In this document: piece after piece, positions 13,201-26,010 of the stretch
Numbering within the stretch: position 1 is the first letter of the stretch
Layout: the number at the start of each line of letters is the position of its first letter
Source: Mobula hypostoma
Taxonomy: Eukaryota
Assembly (NCBI RefSeq): GCF_963921235.1
Contig: NC_086097.1
Span: 182,902,001 to 182,966,000, forward strand
Reading direction: 5' to 3'
DNA length: 64,000 nucleotides
The notes under the pieces: generated by a model
Told to the model about the DNA's origin: nothing
Seen by the model: only the letters and a program-made list of their open reading frames with translations
The model's database searches: none
Made by a program: the position numbers and the translations under genes

Positions 13201-16200
13201 TGCATGGGTACAGAGAAGCACAGTGAAGAGAGCACAACCGAGATGGTGAGGATCCTTAGTGATAGTTGCTGCTTTCTTAAGGCAGATCCTCTTGTAGATG
13301 CTGTGGGGAACATTTGAGTACGCTATATTCTACTGTTCCTGTGTGCTGGAATTGCCTCACCAGTCAGGATACATTCAACAATAACCTAGAGGAGTTTGTT
13401 AGTGATTGCGGCATCTGTGGCCAGTGCATGCTGGGATGGATGGCCATTCTGATTTCTGGATCCTTGTGTTCAGGTTTGTCTCCTGCCTCAGTGACACCAC
13501 CAGCAAGGATCGCGGGACCGAAATTCTCCACCATTCATCCAAGTGCTTGCTCCAGCAGACAGTTTACCTGTGGCAGTGGGGAGTGCCTTCCCCAGCAGCA
13601 GGCGTGTGACCTCCAGACCGACTGCCAGGATGGTTCTGATGAAAAGGACTGCGGTAGGTCAGAGACCTGGGCACGGCTTTGAACAAGCACTGTGCAGGAA
13701 TGGGCCAGTTTGGGGAACAGTATGTGTTCTGTGGCTGGGAACATGGGCGGAGGTCTAGAGAAGACTGGTGACCAGACATGAAATTGGGCACCAAGGGCTG
13801 GTGACCTACAGATGGGGGTGGACGGATCAGGGATGTCATTGGGTAGAGTGGCAGAAAAGTTGAATGAAAGTATGAGGCAGTGGTAACCAGGGGCTGATGG
13901 TTAGGGGTCAAAGGCAGATGACCAGAGGTCAGAAGGCTGAGATAGATAGCCAGGGGTCTGTGGTCAAGAAGATGACCAAAGTCATCAGCACTGCTGGCCA
14001 GGGTTGGGGGACAGATACATAACAGCCTGGGTCCTGGGGAACCTGGGTTGGAACACAGGTTACTTAGAACATGGAAGAGTACAGCTCTTTGTCCCACCAT
14101 GTCTGTGCAGACAATGATGCCAAATAAACTAAGCCTGCACATGGTTACTACCCCTGCTTTCCCTGCCCGTCCATGACTCTAAATGTTGTATCTGTTAAAC
14201 TACCTCCTCTGACAGTCTGTTCCAGGCATCCACCATCCTCTGTGTGGGGGCAAAAAAACAATACCACACACACCTCCTTTAAACTTCCCTGTCTCACCTT
14301 AAACTTATGCCCTCTGGTATTTGACATCTCCATCCTGACTCTACCCTATCTATGCCTCTCAGTTTTATAAACAGTCGGGTTTTCTTAAGGTTTCCATGGC
14401 TGAGGTGGGTGGGGTGGCTGTGTGTATTGGTGATAAGCTCCCACTACCCTATTAAATACTCCAGTGGCATGTGTCTCAAATAGCCTCTGACAATCAAGTC
14501 CACATCCTGGCCTTCACGCGTGTCTAAGCTACTAAGCCCAGCAGGACAGTTTCTACTAATGGGAGAAGGGGTAAATTCAGGTTACTTGCACCTTAAAACC
14601 AGATACTTTGGGCAGATGGGGCTCATCAGCGGTGGCTGGTTGGCAGGTCATCTCGGAGAAGGAAATCTCTGATCTCAAACCTCTGCTGCCTTGCGGCTAT
14701 ACCCACTCATTGGAAAAGCTTCAGGAGTAAACCCCAAGGAACAATCCGGAGCTGGAGTCCTTAAGGCAGCCCTCCATTGAGTTCAACAGTGGCTGGCAAC
14801 TCCTGCGATGCCACTGGTGCCAGACCGTGTCAGTCTAGCTGCACGGAGAGGGGGAGCCTGTTGCAAGGGCCACAGCTTGTTCTACACAATGTCCTGCCCT
14901 GGCCTGCATATCATGTAGACAGCTAGGAATTGAACAACGAATCTTTTCTTGTGGGTTGGTTATCAGAGAACACAGGCTAGTACTCAAGAATCACTGCACA
15001 CAATGTAGGTAAACACAAGCCTGGGCAAAGACAAACAATACAGAGGGAACTTAAATAGACCAATAAAACAAGGCACAGGTGAAAACGATCAATGAATAGT
15101 CAGGGGAGGAGGAACATCGGAGCCTGGAGGATTCTGGTGCACTCACGTATTTACAGCAAGGCTTGACAAATGCATTGACCAGAACTACACACAGTGTTCC
15201 AGACGTGGTGTACTTTTACACTCAGTGCCCTGACCAATGAAGGCAAGCATGCCATACTCCTTCATGACCATCTCATCTACTTGCATTGCCACTCTCAGGG
15301 CACTCTGGACTTTCTCCCTGAGATCCCACTGTACATCAATGCTCCTAATCTGCCATTTTCCGTCCTCTTACACTTGATCTCCCAGAGATTCTCTACTCAT
15401 ATTTCCAATTGGTCTACATCCCATTCCATCCTTTGGCAATCTACTATACTACCTACAATTTCATCAATTTTGTGTCGTCTGCACACTTACCAGTTTATCG
15501 ACATTTTTATTAAAAATAATTTATTTGGCAACCTCTCTGGTCAGAGCCCTGCAGTCAGAGAAACACCCCATTCATTACTACCCTGTGTCCTGTATGGCCA
15601 GGACAATTTCAAGTGTCCATGGATCCCATGTGCCTTCATCTTCTGGGTCAGCCAACCATGAGAGACATTGTCAAATTCATTGCCCTACTTTTATCAATTA
15701 TCTTCATCACCTCCTCAAAATAACTCGTTAGTAAACATGACTTGCCCCACACAAAGCTGTGCTGGCTCTCTCTAATTAGCCTATATTTTCCCAAATAAGA
15801 GTAAATCCTGTCCTTAAGAATCCTCTCCAATAACTTACCTACCACTGCTGTGAGACTCACTAATTTGCTGTATCGTCACTAATGCCCTTTGTTATGTACC
15901 CCGTAACTGGGTTGCCAAACCAGCAGAAATGGACCACTTCATTGGAGTCTGGATTACTGGAACTAAGAAAGTCTTATTAAAGAAATAAGTAACACAGTAC
16001 TCTAATAGTAAGGATATAAATGCAACAGGTTAGCAATGGTAAAACACACATGTACACAGAACTAGGATAATAGGAATCAAACAAGCTCTATCACAGTCTA
16101 GGGGTAAAATGATCAGTCTCAAGTGACACAGAGTTCAGTTCAGCTGAGTACAGTTCGCAGTAATCGCTGTTGTGCCGTTGGAGAGAGAGAGAGAGCGAAT

Positions 16201-19200
16201 GCAAATTTCGATTCACAGACCTTTGATGTTCCTCGCAGTTAGCTTTCGGCGCGAGCCCTTTTAATGTCTTCTGAGGTCACCGACTGTGACCCCTCCGTTC
16301 CGGATACGTTCGTTCTTCCGTGGTGAACCCGGCACCCAGGCAAGGGCGGACACACACACCAGGTTCCCGCTGATCGTACCTTTTCACCCTGTGCATCTAT
16401 GGTCGGTCCCGCGACCAGACCTCCAAAACTCCCACCAACTTGTGGGGGCACACCGCACTTCCACGGTCTCGTTATCTCGTGATCTCGTGGTGTCTGTCTT
16501 GCCTTAGCGAACCTGTTCCTTTTATCCCCCTGCTAGGGTATCGCCTGTCCATCAAACTTCAAACAGTTCAGGTTCAAAGCAACCGGCCTGACAATACTCG
16601 GAACTGTGTCTCTTTTCATTAATCTCTCTCGTCTCTCATTAACATTTCTGAATTCTGCTCCATTGTCTCACTTATCTCTCTCATCAACATCATCTTCTGA
16701 TAACTTGGTTTTTCGTCACACCTTAAACCAAAGAACACCACTGGCTAATGTCCAGTCTGAAGAGTATTGGAAGTTGGGAGGTCAGAGGTCAGGGACTTGA
16801 TTTGGGATCGAGTTCTGGTGATCAGAGTTGGGAAGTCCAAGCCTGAGGATTATTAGCTGGGGATTGGGCTAGGGTTTGGGTGTCAATTGACAGTGCTGAG
16901 AGCCTGGTAAGCAGGGGTTTCTGATGTAATGAGGTGAGGGGCTAAGGTACAGTAGGAGTGGTGTAGATAATATTCACTGGGTTTGTACCATAAAACAGGA
17001 GACTGAGTTGTGGGGTTTCCATTGGGTAGGGTTAGAGATGGGATGGATATTTCTAGGCTCCTTTGGAACGTCCCAAAGTTCTTCTGTCCATGACAGTTCC
17101 TACTAGTGGACATTGGTCACTGTTGCTGGGGAGGTACAGCGGCCAATCCATGCACGGCAAGCTCTCACAATAGGCACTGTTGTAGCCAGACCACCTGTGG
17201 TACCACCAGGTGTCAATGGAAGGATGGGAATTAGCCCATTAAACATCCAGGAAACTCACCTTGGGCAGACAACGGGCTCAGGTTAACATTGCCATAGAGT
17301 CATACAGCGCCGAAATCGGACCCTTGGGCCAACTGGTCCTGACTAAGGTGCCCATCCAAACTATTTTTATCCATGTACCTGTCCAAATGATCTTTGTGTT
17401 CAGAAGCCACCCCTAGAGTGTAGCATTCTCTCCGTACCGAATGTGAGTGGGAGAGGTAAGGTGGACAGACGTGGGGTGAGGGGCTCAGGCTGCTGTTTAA
17501 CACTTGTATTTGTTCTGACAGTGGACTGTGTGGTGTCGCTGTGGACAGCGTGGAGTGCGTGTAGTCAGAGCTGCAGCCTCGGGGCGATGTTCCGGCGGAG
17601 AGAGGTGCTGCGGCCTGAACTCCCTGGCGGAAAGTGTAACCTCACACTGTGGGATACCCGAGCTTGCTTCAAGCAGGCCTGCCCAGGTGAGGGTGTGGGG
17701 GAGCCATGGGTCCCAGAGGGGAGGGTCACATTGTATGACTATGTTACTGAAGTTGTGCTTGGGGCGAAAGGGCTATAACACATAGAGCTGGCAGAGGTCG
17801 AGCTGTCTCTGGATGTGTTGGTTGGTTATTAGTTAACAGTCTCTAAAACATTACTGTCAAATCTGCTTCTATCATCATCCCTGCAGTCCATTCCAGGCAT
17901 CTACCAGTTTCTGTGTAAAGGGGAAAAAATTTGCCTTACCCATCATATTTAAACGTAACCCTCTAATCTTAAATGTCCTCTAGTACTTGACATTTCCACC
18001 CTGGAAAAAGAACTCTGGCTCTCTACCCTATCTATGCCTCTCATCATTTAATAAACTTCTATTAGGTCTCCCCTCAGCCTCCAAATCAGGTTTATCCAAC
18101 TTGTTCCTGTAGCACAAACTCTCTAATCCATGCAGAGTTTTAACGAATCTCTTCTGCACCCCCTCCAAGTTGTCCGCATCCTTCCTGTAAGGGGATGAGC
18201 AAGGGAGCAATGGTCTTCCCTGAGGCAGGTTCTGTGCTACTGACAGAAATTGTAGTTTCCTCCAAGTTCAATATAAAAGCAGCAAAATTTTGGATCATGT
18301 GGACCAGCTGATGATCACACCAGGAGCCTCAAATGTCTAAATGCTGATCCATGAACTCTAATCAACTGGCTTTTAAATGAATCCCATATGTTAAATGTGG
18401 ACCTATCCAATAACGGCCACTCACAGTTGACTCTCCCAGCTCCTATCCAATTATACCTTTCTTCAGTTTAGCACTTTCCTTAGGTCCAGTCTTATCCTTA
18501 TCTTTTAACTATCTGAAAACTTAGAGAGTTATAATTCAATATTCTCAAATGCTGTCCCACTGAAACTCCAATTACATAGCTAGATTAATTTTCCTGTATA
18601 AGCTCTCTCATGGTCCCTTCCTGGTTTGCAATCTACATACTGTGTTAAGAAATACTCCTGGATGAACCCTACAAATTCTGTCCCCTCCAAGCCCTCAGCA
18701 CTGAGGGAGTCCCAGTCAATACTAGGGAGACAAATGTCACTCACTGCAACTGCCCTATTGCTTTTATCACTTTCCATAATCTGTCTACCTGTCTGTCTCC
18801 CTCCTGCTGGTTATTGGGAGGCCTATAGTACAACCTCACGTGACTACACCTTTCTTTTTCCTGAACTCCACACACACTACTATAAATTGCCCATTGCACA
18901 TTTAGATGGAGACATAATGTAAATATTTTTACTTCTCATGTACATGAAGGATGTAAGTAATAAATTCAATTCATGGCCTCAATGGATGAGCCCTCTAGGA
19001 TGTTCTGTCAAAGTGCAGCTGTGACATTCTTTCTCGTCAGTAGTGTACCTCTCCCACCCACTGTATGTCCCTCCCTACCATGTCTGAAACATCCGAACCC
19101 TGGAACACTGATCAGGCAGTCACGCCCTGTCCCTCGCTCAACCAAGGATCTGTAGTGGTATTATCGTCCCACCTCGAGATCCCTGGCTCTAAATTCATCT

Positions 19201-22200
19201 GTCTTACCTGTAATCCTGCTTTGAAGTAAACACACGAACACAGAGTCATGGAGCCCCACTATGTTCATTCACCTGGATCAATCCTGTTCTTGTGTCTCAT
19301 ACGATGGGCTGAATGATCTCGTCCTGTTCAATGTCGGGGGAAGGGTTTTGTGATTGGTTCCAGTGGTAACTGATAGTTGATCTTGTTCCCTGGCAGTGAA
19401 TGGCAGCTGGTCCAGCTGGACTGAGTGGTCAGCGTGCAATGCCAAGTGCGGGGGTGGTGTGCGATTCCGTCACCGTCAGTGCGTCAACCCCCCACCGAAG
19501 AATGGAGGCTTACCATGTTTAGGCTCCTGGATGGACACAGAGTCCTGTAACCGGCACATGTGTCCTGGTGTGGTGGGTGAGTTCTCTTTGCGCCGGTGCA
19601 GTCGGTGAGGTCCCTGTGTCCTGGTGCGGTGGGTGAGTTCTCTTTGCGCCGGTGCAGTCGGTGAGGTCCCTGTGTCCTGGTGCGGTGGGTGAGTTCTCTT
19701 TGCGCCGGTGCAGTCGGCGAGGTCCCTGTGTCCTGGTGCGGTGGGTGAGTTCTCTTTGCGCCGGTGCAGTCGGTGAGGTCCCTGTGTCCTGGTGCGGGGG
19801 GTGAGTTCTCTTTGCGCCGGTGCAGTCGGTGAGGTCCCTGTGTCCTGGTGCGGTGGGTGAGTTCTCTTTGCGCCGGTGCAGTCGGTGAGGTCCCTGTGTC
19901 CTGGTCTGGCGGGTGAGTTCTCTTTGCGCCGGTGCAGTCGGTGAGGTCCCTGTGTCCGGTGCGGCGGGTGAGTTCTCTTTGCGCCGGTGCAGTCGGTGAG
20001 GTCCCTGTGTCCTGGTGCGGCGGGTGAGTTCTCTTTGCGCCGGTGCAGTCGGTGAGGTCCCTGTGTCCTGGTGCGGCGGGTGAGTTCTCTTTGCGCCGGT
20101 GCAGTCGGTGAGGTCCCTGTGTCCTGGTGCGGTGGGTGAGTTCTCTTTGCGCCGGTGCGGTCGGTGAGGTCCCTGTGTCCTGGTGCGGTAGGTGAGTTCT
20201 CTTTGCGCCGGTGCAGTCGGTGAGGTCCCTGTGTCCTGGTGCGGCGGGTGAGTTCTCTTTGCGCCGGTGCAGTCGGTGAGGTCCCTGTGTCCTGGTGCGG
20301 CGGGTGAGTTCTCTTTGTGCCGGTGCAGTCGGTGAGGTCCCTGTGTCCTGGTGCGGTGGGTGAGTTCTCTTTGCGCCGGTGCAGTCGGTGAGGTCCCTGT
20401 GTCCTGGTGCGGTGGGTGAGTTCTCTTTGCGCCGGTGCAGTCGGTGAGGTCCCTGTGTCCTGGTGCGGTGGGTGAGTTCTCTTTGTGCCGGTGCAGTCGG
20501 TGAGGTCCCTGTGTCCTGGTGCGGCGGGTGAGTTCTCTTTGCGCCGGTGCAGTCGGTGAGGTCCCTGTGTCCTGGTGCGGTGGGTGAGTTCTTTGCATCC
20601 CTGAAAAGCTGGTGAGTGTCCGTTTTCTGGTGCAGTCAGTGACGTCTCGTGCACTGGTGTGGTCAGCGAGGTCTCTGCTTTCTGCTAGAGTTAGCACACT
20701 GGTGTGGTTGGCGAGATCTCTCTGTGCCCCAGTGCAGTTGGTGAGACCTCTGTGCGTTGATTGGTGCTGCTTTGTGCGATGGTACGATCTGAACCAAAAC
20801 CAACAGAGCAGAAGTGAGAGGATCAAACCTGTGAAGTTGGAAATCAGAGGTGTTTTTGGGAAGCGCCATCAGGAAGGAAAATACTTGGGATAGCTCTCGC
20901 AATGAGAGATGAAATATGGGAGAATCAGATTCAAGTTTAATATCAATGGTGTATATTGTGAAATTTGTTGTTTTGTGGCAGCAGTACAGTGCAATACAAA
21001 AACACACTGTAAATTACAATAAGAAATATATATATGTAATATATTTAAAATTAAGTTACGTAGTGCAAAAACAGATGGAAAAAAAAGTGAGGTAGTGTAC
21101 GTGGATTCATTGTTGATTAGAAATCTGATGGTGGAAAGGAAGAAACTGTTCCAATCACACTAAGTGTGTGTCTTAACACTCCTGTACTTCCTCCTTGATA
21201 GTAGCAATGAGAAGGAGACATGTCCTGGGTGATGGTATCCCGATGAGGAAGTTAAGGATCCAGGTTCAGAGGTCAAGTTTTGGAGCTTGTTGATTAGGAC
21301 TGAGCGTGTGATGGTGTTGAACACTGAGCAATAATGAATAAATAGAAGCCTGATTTAGGTATTACTATTGTCCAGATGGTTGAAGGCTGAACTGAGAACC
21401 AGTGGGATTGTATCTGCTGTAGACCTGTTGTGGCGATGGGCAAATTGCAGTGGGTCCAGCTCTTTGCTTAGGCAGGAGCTGATTCTGGCCATGACCAACC
21501 TCTCAAAGCACTTCATCACAGTAGATGTGAGTACCACTGTGTGATAGTCTTTGAGGCAGCTCCCCCTGCTCCTCTTGGGCACTGGTATGATTGTCGTCCT
21601 TCTGAAGCAGGTGGGAATCTCCGACTGCAGCAGCGGGAGGATCAAGGCTGAGAAAATGTGGAGTGCTGAGTGGAGAAAAGTTATCAAGGGAAAGGAAATG
21701 GTGGTGAAATTCTGTGCAGAAGTATTGAAAGGGTGGCTACACTTTGGTGAAGAAAGTCAATGGAGAAATAATTGAGGCAGTCTATTCACATACGGTGAAG
21801 TCACTCTGGGGTTTCAGATCCTGCTAATTATCCCAGCTAAAAGCCAAAATGGGACATTTCATCAGCTTATTAGATGGGATGCCTTGCATGAGTTAGAGTT
21901 CTTTCTTTCTTTCCAAATCTTTTTATTGGAGTTAGAGTTCTAAACAGTTCTTGGTCTATGTCCTCTTTCAGACTGTGGTCCTGAGATGGTTTACGTTTCT
22001 GCGGATGAATGTGAGCACCAGGGACTGGAAACATGCCCTTTAACCTGTCAGGGCCAGAGCTCGTTCACAAACTGTACCTCAGCATGCAGACCAGGTAACA
22101 TTTGCCAACTGCATCCTCAGTAATCACAGACCAGAGCCCCTCCACTAAGGCAGCTGAACTGAGGTGGAATGGAACCATGTGTTTCTAACCCAAATTCAGA

Positions 22201-25200
22201 TGTGTAGACAGTGGCTCCTCTTGACAGAGCTGTCCTCTTCTCCTCTAGGTCAGGACCATCAGGCCATTATCCACCAATTTGTACTACCTAACCTTACCCT
22301 GTCTCCTCTCATGGATGACATTGTCACCTCCTCACATCCAAAGACAAGAAGTTTCCCAAACAACAACACCCAATATTATGGGGAGACCAAGGGGATGATA
22401 CTGTTACCACCAGAGCAGAGAAACTCGAGGGGAGACGTAATCAATGCCAAGACAAGCATGTTCTGCTCTCAAACCTGGGCCAGTATTGATCCAACTGTCC
22501 AACTCTCCATATTCACTCTCTCATCTTTCCCCATAATCTTTGATCCCTTTCCTGATTGAAAGTCAACCATTTCAGCTTTGAATATTTTCAGAGTTTCATC
22601 CTCTTGGGCCAGGAATACTGAGAGAAGAAACTCTTCCTCATCTTAGTCTTACTCATATGTTTTCTTATCCTGAGTCTACCACTGCAGTCCCACGCTCATT
22701 TATGAGGGTAAACGTCCTCCTGTATTTACCCTATCTGAGATCCCAATGATTATGTACTGTATGTTCCAGTAAGATCACCTTCAGTTCTTCTAAATGCCAA
22801 TGAGTAGAATCTGTTCAACTTCCCCATGAGACAAATCTCCATTCCCAGATCAGCCTGGTGGACCTCCTATACCAAAGTGTAGGTGGTAGGACTGAGGGCT
22901 AGGAGCAGGCTAGAATTCGGCTAAGGAGGACAGGCAATTCCCTGAGAGGGGAAAGGAGGAGTATGAGTGATCACGGATGGTGGAGGCAGATATACTAGTG
23001 AAGTTTAAGAGACTACTGGACAGGTATATGGTGGAATTTAAGGTGGGGGGTTATATGGGAGGCAGGGTTTGAGGGTCGGCACAACATTGTGGGCCGAAGG
23101 GCCTGTACTGTGCTGTACTATTCTATGTTCTATGTTCTAAAACAAAAGCTGACTGTAAAAACTCTCATGTACCTCATAAAGTGGCCGTTAAGTGTATGTT
23201 CGTGGTCTTCTGCTGCTGTAGCCCACCCACTTCAAAATTCAACCTGTCATGTGTTTAGAGACGCTTTTCTGCACACCACTGTCGTAACACGTAGGTACTA
23301 TTGTCTTCCTGCCAGTTTGAACCAGTCTGGCTATTCTCCTTTGATCTCTCTCATTAACAAGGCATTTTCATCCACTGAACTGCTGCTCACTGGATGATTT
23401 TTTTTTGTTTTTTGCACTATTCTCTGTAAACAATAGAGACTGTGGTATGTGAAAATTCTAGGTGATCAGTAGTGCGATCACTATCCCACCTGGTACCACA
23501 ATCATCTACAGTCAAAGTCACTGAGATCACATTTCTATCCCATTCTGATGTTTGGTCTGAACAACAGCTGAACCTCTTGACCATGTCTGCATGCTTTTAT
23601 TCATTGAGTTGCTGCCACATGACTGGCCCATTAGATATTTGCATTAATGAGCAGGTTTACAGCTGTACCTAAGTGTAGATTAGTGAAGAGAAATGTAGCT
23701 GCTTACAGACTGAAACAGGGAAAGTTATAATCATGAACAAAAGTAAAAGTGAAAATTGTCAACACCATCGCCAATCTGGCTGTTGTCTTTGTGATTGTCC
23801 CTCCTCTCTTCATTTCCAAGTGTATATGACAAATAGTGAGGACTATACACCAGTCCCAATCATTCATCATTGGTCACAAGCTTCTAATTGCCAAGATAGC
23901 CCTTTATCATCACCTTCTTCCTCCTTATAGTTACCATTCTTAGATCAAATTTGCCAGTCTGCCTCATATTCCATGGCAACGTGGAGGAACAGACAGATTT
24001 TGGGGTCTATATCCATGGATCCTTCAAAGGTGCCTTGCAAGTTGATCAGGTGGTTAAGAAGGCATGTGGTGTGTTGGCCTTCATGAGTTGGGAGATTAAG
24101 CTCAAGAGGTGTGAGGTATATAGGTGTGTTGCAGTTCTATAAAGCTCTACTTAGACCACACTTGGAGTATTGTGTTTAGTTCTGGTCCCTTCACTATAGG
24201 AAGGATGTGGAAGTTTCAAAGAGGGTGCAAAGGAGATTTACTAGGTGGTTCTAACCTAGACCAGTTTCTATGTGAGATCATGTTCCATAGGACATAGAAC
24301 GGTGCAGCACAATAAAGGCCCTTTCGCCCATGATGTTCTGCCAACCTTTTAACCTATTCAAGATCAATCAAAGTATTTCCTCCCACATAGTCCTCTATTA
24401 TTCTTTCATCCATGTGCCTATATCAAAGTTTCTTAAGTGGCCCTAATGTATCTACCTCTACCATCACCCTGGCAGTGTGTTACATTCACCCACCACTCTG
24501 TGTAAAAAAAAAAAAAAAAAACAACGGAAAAACACCTCTACCATTCCCCATATACTTCTATCTGGTCATCTTAAAATGATATCCTTTCATACTAGCAATT
24601 GCCCTGGGAAAACGTCTCTGGCTGTCCACTCTATCAATGTCTTTTATCATCTTATACACCTCTGTCAAGTCACCTCTCATCCTCCTTTGCTCCAAAGAGA
24701 AAAACTCTAGCTCACTTTACCTTTCCCCATAAGCCATGCCCACTCGTCCAGGGAGTTTGCCTACCACAGATGTAAGAAGGTCTTACTGAAGTTTATGTAG
24801 AATATTTCAACCACATTTCTCCCAGCAACATATTTTTTCAAACACAGTGAGACTGCACTTGGAGTATTGTGGACAGTTTTAGTCACCCTGTTATAGGAAA
24901 GCCATTATTAAACCGGAAAGAATGCAGAGAATATCTAGAAGGACGTTGGCATGATTTTAGTGAGTTGTTGGGTAGGGTTAGACTTTATTCCATGGAACAT
25001 AGGAGATTCAGGGAGGACCTGACAGAGGTGTATAAAATCATGAGGGGTATAGATCAGGTGAATGCACTCCTTTTCCTCGGCTCGGCCATAGGTTTAAGGT
25101 AATAGGTGAAAGATTTAATGGGGTCCCGAGGGCAACATTCACCCGAGATGGTCAGTGTGCAGAATAAACTGCTTGAAGAAATATTTGAGACAGGTGCAAT

Positions 25201-25979
25201 ACCAATATTCAAAAGATATTTGGATATGTACATGGATAGGAAAGGCTTGTCTCCATGTTGTATTACTTTGTGACTGTATCATGTCCTTGTGGTAAAGCCA
25301 ATCTGATTGCCTTTAATTAGTTTCCCAGTGTAGATTTTACCTGATCCCCCAGAAATGTTTCCATTAACTTCCATACAACAAGCTGTAGCTACTGTGTTTA
25401 TCCTTGCTGTCCCCTAAGGACAAGTCACACCATCCATGGCCAGGGAAAAGTTAAATATCTCTGTCAGGGTCCTAGCATTCTCCTCCCTTGTCTCTCACTG
25501 TGGTCTGAGATAAATCTCATCAGGCTCCAAGGATTTATTCTGCATTTAGCCTAACAGGAGACTCATAGCTCCTCCTTTTTAATGCATTATGTTATTGAAT
25601 TTCACTCTATCCCACCCTGAAGTCTAACTACAATGACTTTCTCCTTGCTGAATACAGATGGGAAAGATTCCCTGAAGACTTCACCTCCAGCCTCTGATTC
25701 CACACGTTGGTTGTTATTTTGGTCCCTAAAGGACACTGTTCTTTTTCTGGTTATCCTCTTGCCATTAATATAAAAATTGTTTGGGACTTTTATTAGGCTG
25801 TGATATTTCATGTTCCCCACTCCTCCCAGTGACCCTTCCCGATCTCTTTTTAAGTTCGACCTTACCAATGCGTTATCATATGAAGAGCCTTCTAGGACAT
25901 CCTGTATCATTACCACGCTGATGGACATCACACTGCCACCATCATTTTTAATTACACCCCCCCCCCACACACACACACG

Positions 25980-26010
<31 letters not shown>

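Noticed and set aside
19559..20592. CRISPR-like regular array (also considered for the 39-, 47- and 52-bp arrays)
   Set aside because: Head-to-tail repeats with no unique spacers, no cas genes and a eukaryotic intron context.
19476..20826. 392-aa and 435-aa minus-strand ORFs
   Set aside because: Periodic translations of the 56-bp minisatellite, with no domain content.
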